Origin: Bacteroidales bacterium
GTDB lineage: Bacteria; Bacteroidota; Bacteroidia; Bacteroidales; UBA12077
Length of the DNA: 48,724 bases
Direction: 5' to 3'
Assembly (NCBI GenBank): GCA_028282585.1
Contig: JANQHR010000027.1
Location: 1 to 48,724, forward strand
This document shows, one piece after another, positions 34,682 through 43,894 of the stretch. Numbering within the stretch: the first letter of the stretch is position 1; each line of letters starts with the position of its first letter. The position numbers were made by a program, and so were the translations under genes. The notes beneath the pieces are model-generated. The model was not told the origin of the DNA, made no database searches, and saw only the letters and a program-made list of their open reading frames with translations.

Positions 34682-35920
34682 ATGTTTTCTAAAAGCTTAT
34701 TCAGAGAAAATCTAAGAATTGCATTTAGTTCAATTCGATCAAATTTGTTAAGAACAATTCTTACCATTTTTATTATTGCATTTGGAATTATGGCACTTGT
34801 TGGAATATTAACAGCAATTGATTCAATTAAAGGGTCAATTAGTAATGAATTTCGAAGTATGGGCGCAAATACATTTTCAATTGTGAATCGTGATAGCAGG
34901 GTTCGAGTTGGAGGTCGTGTAGAAAGATACAGGAGTATTGAGTTTAGAGAAGCAATGAAATTTAAAGATGATTTCAATTTTCCGGCATTGGTTTCGATTT
35001 CGACTAACGCTTCAGATATTGCAACAGTAAAATATAAATCAAAAAAAACTAACCCTAATATTCCGGTAATAGGATCTGATGAAAACTACCTGATAACTTC
35101 AGGCTATGAAATAGAGAATGGTAGAAATATAACGATCAATGATATGGAATCAAATGCGCATGTTGTAATTATCGGATCAGGCTTAGTAAAAGATATTTTT
35201 GAAGAAGGTGAAGAACCATTAGATAAAGTAATTCGCATAGGAAACGGCAAATATAAGGTAATTGGTGTACTCAAAGAAAAAGGTTCAAGTTTTGGATCAA
35301 CAGGAGATAAAATATGTATTCTACCTATAACAAGTGTGCGTCAATACTTTTCTCAACCAAATATGAATTTTAGAATTTCAGTTTTACCGAACAATTCTAC
35401 TTTATTAAAAGCAGCTATTAATGAAGCTCAAGGAATTTTTAGAGTAATTAGAAAATTAAGAAGCTTTGAAAAGGATAATTTTTCTATTGAAACAAGCGAT
35501 AGTTTATCTAATTTGTTAATAAAAAATATAAGATATGTTACAATTGCTGCAACCATTATAGGGATAATTACGTTATTTGGAGCAGCAATAGGTTTAATGA
35601 ATATAATGCTCGTATCAGTTACAGAAAGAACAAGAGAAATTGGAATTCGTAAAGCAATTGGAGCTAAAGCATCCATTATAAGGCGTCAATTCCTTTATGA
35701 ATCTATATTAATTGGGCAACTCGGCGGATTTTTGGGCATTATTTTAGGTATTTTAATTGGAAATGTTGTATCTTTAGTAACCGGAGGAACATTTATTGTT
35801 CCTTGGTTTTGGATACTAAGCGGTGTTCTACTTTGTTTTTTGGTAGGTTTAGTATCTGGATTGTTTCCTGCAATTAAAGCTTCGAAACTTGATCCAATAA
35901 TATCATTACGTTACGAATAA
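34682..35920 (+). CDS. ABC transporter permease, MacB/FtsX family
   Basis: LRTILT..IAFGI, GLMNIMLVSVTERTREIGIRKAIGA, PAIKASKLDPI. Confidence 0.93.
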   Translation: MFSKSLFRENLRIAFSSIRSNLLRTILTIFIIAFGIMALVGILTAIDSIKGSISNEFRSMGANTFSIVNRDSRVRVGGRVERYRSIEFREAMKFKDDFNFPALVSISTNASDIATVKYKSKKTNPNIPVIGSDENYLITSGYEIENGRNITINDMESNAHVVIIGSGLVKDIFEEGEEPLDKVIRIGNGKYKVIGVLKEKGSSFGSTGDKICILPITSVRQYFSQPNMNFRISVLPNNSTLLKAAINEAQGIFRVIRKLRSFEKDNFSIETSDSLSNLLIKNIRYVTIAATIIGIITLFGAAIGLMNIMLVSVTERTREIGIRKAIGAKASIIRRQFLYESILIGQLGGFLGIILGILIGNVVSLVTGGTFIVPWFWILSGVLLCFLVGLVSGLFPAIKASKLDPIISLRYE

Positions 35921-35929
35921 CAAATAATT

Positions 35930-36307
35930 ATGAAAGAATTGGTTATTGAAAAAACGGTTAAAACTCCTTATGTTAATTTCGATGCCCAATCTGGTATTCT
36001 TAAAATAATTGGCAGATCAATTCCTGAAAATCCGGAAGATTTTTATAATAAGCTTTTCGATTGGGTAAATGAATATTTTAAAAACCCTCAGGCAGAAACT
36101 TTAGTTAATGTTCAACTTGAATATATAAATAGTGGGTCGTCAAAATTTATTCTGGACTTTTTCTATTTATTCCAGGAGTATAAAATTAAAGGACATAACT
36201 GCAAAATAAACTGGTATTACGAAGAGGATGATGAGGCTGTTCTGGAACTTGGTAAACATTATCAAACTATTATTGATGTTCCTTTTAAACTAGTTGAGAT
36301 ATATTAA
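35930..36307 (+). CDS. DUF1987 / SiaC family protein
   Basis: TPYVNFD, GRSIPEN, LEYINSGSSK, INWYYEEDD. Confidence 0.88.
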   Translation: MKELVIEKTVKTPYVNFDAQSGILKIIGRSIPENPEDFYNKLFDWVNEYFKNPQAETLVNVQLEYINSGSSKFILDFFYLFQEYKIKGHNCKINWYYEEDDEAVLELGKHYQTIIDVPFKLVEIY

Positions 36308-36319
36308 CCGATAAAATAA

Positions 36320-36355
36320 AAAAATAGCCTGACAATTTCTTGTCGGGCTATTTTT
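36320..36355. terminator. Bidirectional intrinsic terminator
   Basis: AAAAATAGCCTGACAA / TTGTCGGGCTATTTTT between convergent genes. Confidence 0.85.
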
Positions 36356-36371
36356 ATAAATAATATAATTG

Positions 36372-37412
<1,041 letters not shown>

Positions 37413-37585
37413 TCAAAATTATATATTCTGACTGATATCTTCAAGGATTTAATAAGAATTAATCTAACTTGATTAATTTATGAAATTTATGGATTAATGC
37501 TGTAACAAAGTAATAATAGCCAATTTATTGATTTTATGTCCTTTATTATTTCTTGCTACTATTAAAAAATCATCGACAAACATGT

Positions 37586-38392
37586 TTACAACCAATTGAA
37601 AAGCCTGTATCTTTTTTTTCGTTTTTTAAGATAATCTTCTGAAATTTCCTGAGCGTTAATAATTTTTCCAAAACGATAACTAACAAATAATGTAAAAAAG
37701 AATTGTTGATTATCATTTACATCCATTATCTCAAGATTACTCAAGTAGGCTTGTATCATTGCACCAGCTTCCAATGCATGTATTAGAGTCTCGGATTGAC
37801 TAAATTCAAAGTTTACACCAAACTTTAAAAAAGCTCCTGGCACTAATGAAATCTCATCAACACCATCAAAAAATGAAGTTTTACCGTTGATATCACCTGA
37901 AGTATGAATGTCAGCATTGAATTTTTCTTTTCGTATACCATATACACTATCGTTTACCGGGTACAATATTTCATAATATATTGGCTTTTGTATTGCGACG
38001 GTCGGACCAACGGAATAATAATACCTGATTGCAACGCTTCCCGGATCACGTTTACTAAACATTTCATTTTGCTTACCATAACCTACTCGCAAATCAAAAA
38101 CATAATTCAATTTTCCAAAAACAAATGATTCTGACGATATAAAAGTAGATGAAGATTTTACTTCCTTTGGATGTTTTATAATTGAAAAATCTACTTCGTA
38201 AACTCTTTTTTCAAAATAATTAATCCGATCTCCATATCTATAACCAATTCCCCATCCATTTGTATTAAGTTGTATACCTACCGTTTTTTCATTTTTATAG
38301 AAAACCTTTGGCATATTTTCGGGCAGATCCTGACCGTATGCGGTAGTAATATTGGAAAGTATAACTATCGAAAGTAAGAATCTAAGATTCAT
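37586..38392 (-). CDS. Signal-peptide protein with alternating beta-strand pattern, probable outer-membrane beta-barrel
   Basis: MNLRFLLSIVILSNITTAYG-Q; GWGIGYRY, LRVGYG, LKFGVNFEF, FFTLFVSYRFG. ATG 38392 fits the -7 element at 38411-38418. Confidence 0.65.
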   Translation of the reverse strand: MNLRFLLSIVILSNITTAYGQDLPENMPKVFYKNEKTVGIQLNTNGWGIGYRYGDRINYFEKRVYEVDFSIIKHPKEVKSSSTFISSESFVFGKLNYVFDLRVGYGKQNEMFSKRDPGSVAIRYYYSVGPTVAIQKPIYYEILYPVNDSVYGIRKEKFNADIHTSGDINGKTSFFDGVDEISLVPGAFLKFGVNFEFSQSETLIHALEAGAMIQAYLSNLEIMDVNDNQQFFFTLFVSYRFGKIINAQEISEDYLKKRKKRYRLFNWL

Positions 38393-38400
38393 ATAAATAA

Positions 38401-38444
38401 AAAACTGTCTCAAAGGTAAAATTAATCATTTCGAGACAGATTTT
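38401..38444 (-). terminator. Hairpin/terminator after the mini-lipoproteins with an embedded -7 promoter
   Basis: CTGTCTC (38405-38411) / GAGACAG (38433-38439) with an A-run on the + side; minus-strand TACCTTTG at 38411-38418. Confidence 0.55.
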
Positions 38445-38492
38445 GAGTAAATACTCAATTTTCCTTTTATTAAAAACGAAATACTGTTATTA

Positions 38493-38618
38493 TTATCCGT
38501 TAATTTCAGTTTGCTCAACCTCTACCTTTCCATAAGCCGGACAATCCTTGCTTTTGCAAGAACCTAAAACTGCTACTATAAAAAGAGACAATAAAACTGC
38601 TACAATAATCTTTTTCAT
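38493..38618 (-). CDS. 41-aa CPAY-motif mini-lipoprotein B (absent from ORF track)
   Basis: Hand translation MKKIIVAVLLSLFIVAVLGS-CKSKDCPAYGKVEVEQTEING; lipobox LGSC. Confidence 0.85.
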   Translation of the reverse strand: MKKIIVAVLLSLFIVAVLGSCKSKDCPAYGKVEVEQTEING

Positions 38619-38716
38619 GATGGTCTAGTTCTTATTTAGTGTTTGTTTGTTTTTTAATTAATAATTTTTTGGATTAGCGATATCAAATCTAAAAAAAAAA
38701 AATTACAATCAGAAAT

Positions 38717-38842
38717 TTAAGCTTTTTGCTCAACCTCAACTGAATTATCAGCATATGCCGGGCAATATTTATTTGCATTACAAGCACCAGACATTATAAT
38801 GATTGCTAACCCTACTAATAACAATCCTACTTTTTTCATCAT
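38717..38842 (-). CDS. 41-aa CPAY-motif mini-lipoprotein A (absent from ORF track)
   Basis: Hand translation MMKKVGLLLVGLAIIIMSGA-CNANKYCPAYADNSVEVEQKA; lipobox-like SGAC. Confidence 0.85.
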   Translation of the reverse strand: MMKKVGLLLVGLAIIIMSGACNANKYCPAYADNSVEVEQKA

Positions 38843-38890
38843 TTAATTAATTTAATAAAAATTTAATACTAAAATTCTACAAATACTATG

Positions 38891-38974
38891 CAAATATACG
38901 CACATGCAAAACGTTAGTTTCCTCGTTAAGAAATTAATTATGTTCGTTTATCACCAAAAAAGTGACGTTTATCA
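38891..38974 (-). promoter_or_regulatory. -7 promoter plus LytTR-type direct-repeat operator for the mini-lipoprotein pair
   Basis: TATATTTG (minus, 38891-38898). CGTTTATCA at 38945 and 38966 (12-bp spacer), degenerate CGTTAAGAA at 38924; period 21. Confidence 0.65.
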
Positions 38975-38983
38975 AATGTACGA

Positions 38984-39014
38984 AAAAAAGCAGGAATTTT
39001 CAATCCCTGCTTTT
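38984..39014 (-). terminator. Intrinsic terminator of the BNR-repeat gene
   Basis: AAAAGCAGG / CCTGCTTTT with an A-run on the + side. Confidence 0.75.
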
Positions 39015-39043
39015 ATAACATTGAGTATTTATTATTTGTTCAA

Positions 39044-42000
39044 TTAGTTAAACTCTGGAATTCTTCCCGGAGTCCAAGGTGCCTTAGCATCTTCGATCTT
39101 ATCCTCTAAATTCTTTATATCATTTTTAGCAAGATCTTTAAGCTTATTTATTAGTTCTGGAAGTTCTTCCTGAATAATATCATAAGCCATCTTACTTGTA
39201 CTTGTTATATCCGAAGTTGAACTAGATTGTCCCCATAATATATATCTAAGTCTGTTTTCCAAAGGAACTTGTCTTGGAGGAATTTCTTCAGAACTTGCTT
39301 TTGGTCTACTTCCTTCGAAAGTAAATAGGATATCTTCTAATTCCTTTTCTATTCTTTCTGCGTCAACCAATAAATCACTAGTTGCATCAGGTGTAGTAAC
39401 AATTGCTTGTTTTAAATATTTAACTTTTTCAATTAATTCTTCATTAAACTCAACGGCACCTGCCATTATCCTGGTTAATTCAGCAACATTTCTTTGGAAT
39501 TGAACCATAGTTTCACGATTTGCAGCTGGTAAAGAAGTATTATCAATTGCATTTACAGTAAATTCCTTATCAGCAACTAATTCCTTAATTTCTCCCTTTT
39601 CATACATAGATATTGAAACTGTATACTGACCTGGTAGAACTAACCAAAAACCTCTGCCTTCTTTAAACGGATCGAATTTATCTTTTGACAGCTTTGTTGG
39701 AAAAGTACTTTCATACCTTAGGTCCCAGTTTACTCTATTAATTCCTTTTGACGGCTTTTTGTTTATTTTTTTGATGACGTATCCATCTTTATCTTTAACG
39801 GTAAAGATCAAATAAGGAGCTATTTCTTTGGCTTCATCCTCTAAAGCCTTCCAAGAAGGTTGTGGAATCGGTTTTCCTGCTTTAAATAATTCTTTTTCTT
39901 TCTCTTTTCTTCTCTTTTTGTCTGTTTTCGGAACTTCTTTCATGTAATAAGTAAAAGTTGCTCCAAACTCAGGATTCGGAGAAGTGTAGTAAGTTGCCCC
40001 TTGTCCATATTTTTTACCGGTTTGAACATACATTAAAGCATCTTTAATTGAAAATAAATGAATATTTTTATCTATTAGAGCCGGTTTCACTTCGCGTAAT
40101 GGTGAGTAATCATCTAAAATGTAAAATCCTCTACCAAATGTTGCCATTACTAAGTCGCTTTCTCTTGTTTGGATAACCATATCTCTTACCGAAATAGTAG
40201 GTAATCCTGCCTTCAATTGAACCCATTTTTGTCCTCCATTATATGAAAAGAATGCACCAAACTCTGTTCCCGCAAATAATAAATCTTTATTTACATGATC
40301 CTGCTCGATGGTATGAATCGTTCCATTTTCCGGAAATCCTGCAGTAATTTGCTTCCAGGTATTTCCTTTGTCTGTACTGATCAATAAGTATGGTTTAAAA
40401 TCATCTCTCTTTCTGTTATCAAACGAAGCGTATACAATATTCTCATCGTGTCGTGATGCAAAAATATCGCTAACATATGTGTTTGCTGGTATACCAGGGA
40501 ATGACTTTATTTGTCTCCAGTTTTGACCACCATCTTCTGTAACCGAAATTACACCATCATCAGTACCAACATAAATTAGGCCTTCTTTTACCGGTGATTC
40601 AACCAACGAAACTATCATCCCAAAAAGAGAAGTAGAAACATCTTTTTTAACTGCATCAGCGCTCCAATATTTACCCATTACAGGCCATGAATTACGATCA
40701 ATCTTAGCTGTTAAGTCATCACTTATAACTTCCCAACTATTCCCTCTATCTTCGCTTTTAAACAATACCTGAGCAGCCATATATAAGCGGGTATTTTTAT
40801 GCGGGCTAATAATTAAAGGTGCATTCCAATTCCATTTATACGTTAGTTCACCTTTTGCCGGTTGCGGTTTAATATAAAGACGTTCTCCACTTTTTTTATC
40901 GTAACGATATACATTTCCATACTGATACTCATTATATATAATATTTGGATCGGTTGGATCAATTTGAGACCAGAATCCATCACCGCCAATCGTAACAATC
41001 CAATCGCCACTGGTAATTCCTCCTCTACTTATGGTTCTTGAAGGTCCAACACAACTATTATTATCCTGTGTTCCTCCTGTTACATTGTAAAAAGGATAAT
41101 CATAATCAACACCTACACGATAAAACTGAGTAATTGGTAAGTTCGATACATGCCTATAGTTTTTACCATTATCATATGTTATATAAATACCACCATCTCC
41201 GCCAATTATCCAGTGATCGGTATCATTAGGGTCAATCCATAATGCATGGTCATCCACATGCCTTTCACTCATTCCCAATCTCTTCCAGGTTTTTCCACCA
41301 TCATAAGTTACGTGAGAAAAAGTTTCTACAGAAAATACTCTGTCAACATTAACCGGATCGCAATAAATTTCGTTATAGTATTGACCACTTGAGGTATGAT
41401 CACTCATTTTTTCCCAGGATTCTCCTCTATTTGTTGATCGATAAAATCCTCCTTTATTTTCAGCAGCTTCAACAATTAAATACAAATAATCCGGATTAAC
41501 AGGAGATATCGCAATTCCCATTCCTCCTTTATGGACTCCCGGAAGTCCTTTTTCTATTTTTCTCCATGTTTTTCCTCCATCAGTTGATTTTTGAACTCCC
41601 GATTCAGGTCCTCCCCCAATTTTAGTGTGCACATGACGACGACGTTGTTCTGTTGTTACATAAATTACATTAGCGTCTCTTGGATCTAAAACTACATTAT
41701 TAACACCCGTATTTTCACTTATATTTAAAACTTTGTTCCATGTTTTTCCTCCATCGGTTGTTTTATACAATCCTCTTTCTCCACCTGGTCCCCAGGCAGA
41801 ACCTTCTGCTGCAACATAAATAATATCAGTGTTTGTAGGATCGATAGCAATCATACCAATATGGCGAGACTCTTTTAAACCCATATTTTCCCATGATTCT
41901 CCTCCATCAACTGTTTTATAAATTCCGTCACCATACCCAAGTGCACGTTGATGATTATTCTCTCCTGTACCTACCCAAACAATATTAGAATTTGTTGGGT

Positions 42001-42343
42001 CCATAGCCATAGCACCTATCGAATAGGTACCATAACTTTCGAATACTGGTTCAAAAGTAATTCCCTTATTAACAGTCTTCCAAATATTACCTGAAGCTAC
42101 GCCTACATAATACTCGGATGGATTATTCTTGTTTACTGCGAAATCTGCAATACGACCTGAAGCATATGCTGGCCCCAAACTTCGAAATTTTAATCCACTT
42201 AAAATTCCCGAATTAATTGGATCTTCCTCTTTTTTAGGCTCTTCTTTCTTTGCAAAAAGATTAACCGAAGAAAATAAAAATACAACTACAAGTTGTATTA
42301 TAAGAGCCCTAAAGCTAACTTGTTTGTTTCGTAAAATTCTCAT
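39044..42343 (-). CDS. Secreted BNR/Asp-box (VPS10/sortilin-like) beta-propeller protein, often annotated glycosyl hydrolase
   Basis: Signal peptide; many [ST]xDGGxTW Asp-boxes; FRSLGPAYASGRI, GGTQDN, YKWNWNAP; helical C-terminus. Confidence 0.88.
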   Translation of the reverse strand: MRILRNKQVSFRALIIQLVVVFLFSSVNLFAKKEEPKKEEDPINSGILSGLKFRSLGPAYASGRIADFAVNKNNPSEYYVGVASGNIWKTVNKGITFEPVFESYGTYSIGAMAMDPTNSNIVWVGTGENNHQRALGYGDGIYKTVDGGESWENMGLKESRHIGMIAIDPTNTDIIYVAAEGSAWGPGGERGLYKTTDGGKTWNKVLNISENTGVNNVVLDPRDANVIYVTTEQRRRHVHTKIGGGPESGVQKSTDGGKTWRKIEKGLPGVHKGGMGIAISPVNPDYLYLIVEAAENKGGFYRSTNRGESWEKMSDHTSSGQYYNEIYCDPVNVDRVFSVETFSHVTYDGGKTWKRLGMSERHVDDHALWIDPNDTDHWIIGGDGGIYITYDNGKNYRHVSNLPITQFYRVGVDYDYPFYNVTGGTQDNNSCVGPSRTISRGGITSGDWIVTIGGDGFWSQIDPTDPNIIYNEYQYGNVYRYDKKSGERLYIKPQPAKGELTYKWNWNAPLIISPHKNTRLYMAAQVLFKSEDRGNSWEVISDDLTAKIDRNSWPVMGKYWSADAVKKDVSTSLFGMIVSLVESPVKEGLIYVGTDDGVISVTEDGGQNWRQIKSFPGIPANTYVSDIFASRHDENIVYASFDNRKRDDFKPYLLISTDKGNTWKQITAGFPENGTIHTIEQDHVNKDLLFAGTEFGAFFSYNGGQKWVQLKAGLPTISVRDMVIQTRESDLVMATFGRGFYILDDYSPLREVKPALIDKNIHLFSIKDALMYVQTGKKYGQGATYYTSPNPEFGATFTYYMKEVPKTDKKRRKEKEKELFKAGKPIPQPSWKALEDEAKEIAPYLIFTVKDKDGYVIKKINKKPSKGINRVNWDLRYESTFPTKLSKDKFDPFKEGRGFWLVLPGQYTVSISMYEKGEIKELVADKEFTVNAIDNTSLPAANRETMVQFQRNVAELTRIMAGAVEFNEELIEKVKYLKQAIVTTPDATSDLLVDAERIEKELEDILFTFEGSRPKASSEEIPPRQVPLENRLRYILWGQSSSTSDITSTSKMAYDIIQEELPELINKLKDLAKNDIKNLEDKIEDAKAPWTPGRIPEFN

Positions 42344-42468
42344 TTTTATATTGATTTAGTTTAATGCGGTATAAGTTTATAAGTTACAAATTCTAAAACA
42401 CCTAAGCTAATGATGTGTTCAAATTAACTCTTAGACTAAACTCAACAAGGAAAGTTTAAACAAAATGG

Positions 42469-42589
42469 AGATTGTCCAAAAAGTAGTTTATTTGAGTTTT
42501 ATTCATATTTTCTACTTTGTGTAACCCTATCTGTATTCCGCTAGAGTTTCACAAAATAGGCACAAAGAGCAAGACTTTTTGTATAGTCT
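42469..42589. repeat. Degenerate inverted-repeat element related to 15495-15642
   Basis: AGATTGTCCAAAAAGT / ACTTTTTGTATAGTCT (13/16 complementary); shares TGTCCAAAAAG with the first element; inner CTTTGTG..CACAAAG pair. Confidence 0.5.
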
Positions 42590-42613
42590 ATTTAAAACAA
42601 TTTACAATAAATA

Positions 42614-43168
42614 TTATTTTGGTATTTTTACTTTATAATCTACATTGAATTTTCCCTTTGAAATAGCTTGCAATTTCCCTTTTAATAGCCTTTTTTTTAT
42701 GGGTGCAACCTTATCAGTAAACATGATTCCTTCCGTATGATCATATTCATGCTGAATAATCCTTGCGGCCATTCCCTCAAACCACTCATCATGAAAATTA
42801 AAGTTTTCGTCGTAATAGTTCATCCTAATTTTAACCGGACGCTCCACATCTTCGCGAAGTAATGGAATACTTAAGCAACCTTCATTTAATATAATCCCTT
42901 CATCGCCTTCTTCAACAATTTTTGCATTGATAAACACTTTCTTAAACTCTTTCATCTTAGGATCATCTTCTTCAAAAGGTGAACCATCTATTACAAACAG
43001 ACGAACGGACTTTCCCACCTGCGGTGCAGCCAAGCCAACCCCATCTGAATGATACATTGTATCCCACATATCTTTGATAAATTTATCCAATTCCGGATAA
43101 TCTTTATCAATTTCCTGCGCAATTTTTCTTAATATCGGTGATCCATATATAACTATCGGATAAATCAT
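42614..43168 (-). CDS. def: Peptide deformylase
   Basis: GVGLAAPQVG, EGCLSIP, QHEYDH. Confidence 0.97.
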   Translation of the reverse strand: MIYPIVIYGSPILRKIAQEIDKDYPELDKFIKDMWDTMYHSDGVGLAAPQVGKSVRLFVIDGSPFEEDDPKMKEFKKVFINAKIVEEGDEGIILNEGCLSIPLLREDVERPVKIRMNYYDENFNFHDEWFEGMAARIIQHEYDHTEGIMFTDKVAPIKKRLLKGKLQAISKGKFNVDYKVKIPK

Positions 43169-43169
43169 T

Positions 43170-43586
43170 TTATTTAATTCTTTGTTCTAAATATGATTGT
43201 AAAATTATTGTTGCACTTATTGTATCAACCAATGCTTTATTTTGCCTTGCTTTCTTTTTCAAACCAGCATCTATCATCGTCTGATGGGCCATCTTTGATG
43301 TAAATCTTTCATCAACCAACTTTATGTCCATTTGAGGATAAATCTTACTTAATTTTTTTAAAAATGGATTTACAAACCTAACAGCTTCCGAAGCTTCATT
43401 GTTCATTTGTTTTGGATAACCAACAACGATGCACTCTACATCCTCTTTTTCGAAATATTCTTTAAGAAAATCCCAAATATCTTTCGAATGAATGGTAGTT
43501 AAAGAGTTAGCTATCATTTTTAAAGGGTCTGTAACAGCTAAACCAACTCTTTTTTTTCCGTAATCAATTGCTAAGATTCTTCCCAA
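43170..43586 (-). CDS. ruvX: Holliday junction resolvase-like / pre-16S rRNA nuclease (YqgF)
   Basis: ILAIDYGKKRVGLA, VVGYP, VDERFTS, VDTISATIILQSYL; TTG start. Confidence 0.94.
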   Translation of the reverse strand: MGRILAIDYGKKRVGLAVTDPLKMIANSLTTIHSKDIWDFLKEYFEKEDVECIVVGYPKQMNNEASEAVRFVNPFLKKLSKIYPQMDIKLVDERFTSKMAHQTMIDAGLKKKARQNKALVDTISATIILQSYLEQRIK

Positions 43587-43606
43587 ACCAGATAAAATTT
43601 TAAACG

Positions 43607-43614
43607 CAAAGGTA
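43607..43614 (-). promoter_or_regulatory. -7 promoter element for ruvX-def
   Basis: Minus strand TACCTTTG. Confidence 0.6.
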
Positions 43615-43894
43615 TAATTTAAATCTATACAGCTAATAATTCGGTCTGATAATAATTTTATATCATTTTAAAAATTCATAACTTGTTTTGTTTGGTATGG
43701 TTTATAACATCCTTTTACAAACAAATGGTGTTCAAAATTTTATATAAATACCTTATCAATTACGTTTTATAACATAAATTTAATATGAAATTTTCGATAA
43801 TTTTGACGAAGAAATTGAATTTTGTATTTGTGCAAAATCATTTTATAACACTTCTAATTAAAATAACCTCAATATTTTTAATAAATTATATATT

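Noticed and set aside
43701-43850. Three copies of TTTATAACA upstream of the carboxyltransferase gene
   Set aside because: Irregular spacing, low complexity in AT-rich intergenic DNA, and the same 9-mer occurs elsewhere (39012); cannot support an operator call.
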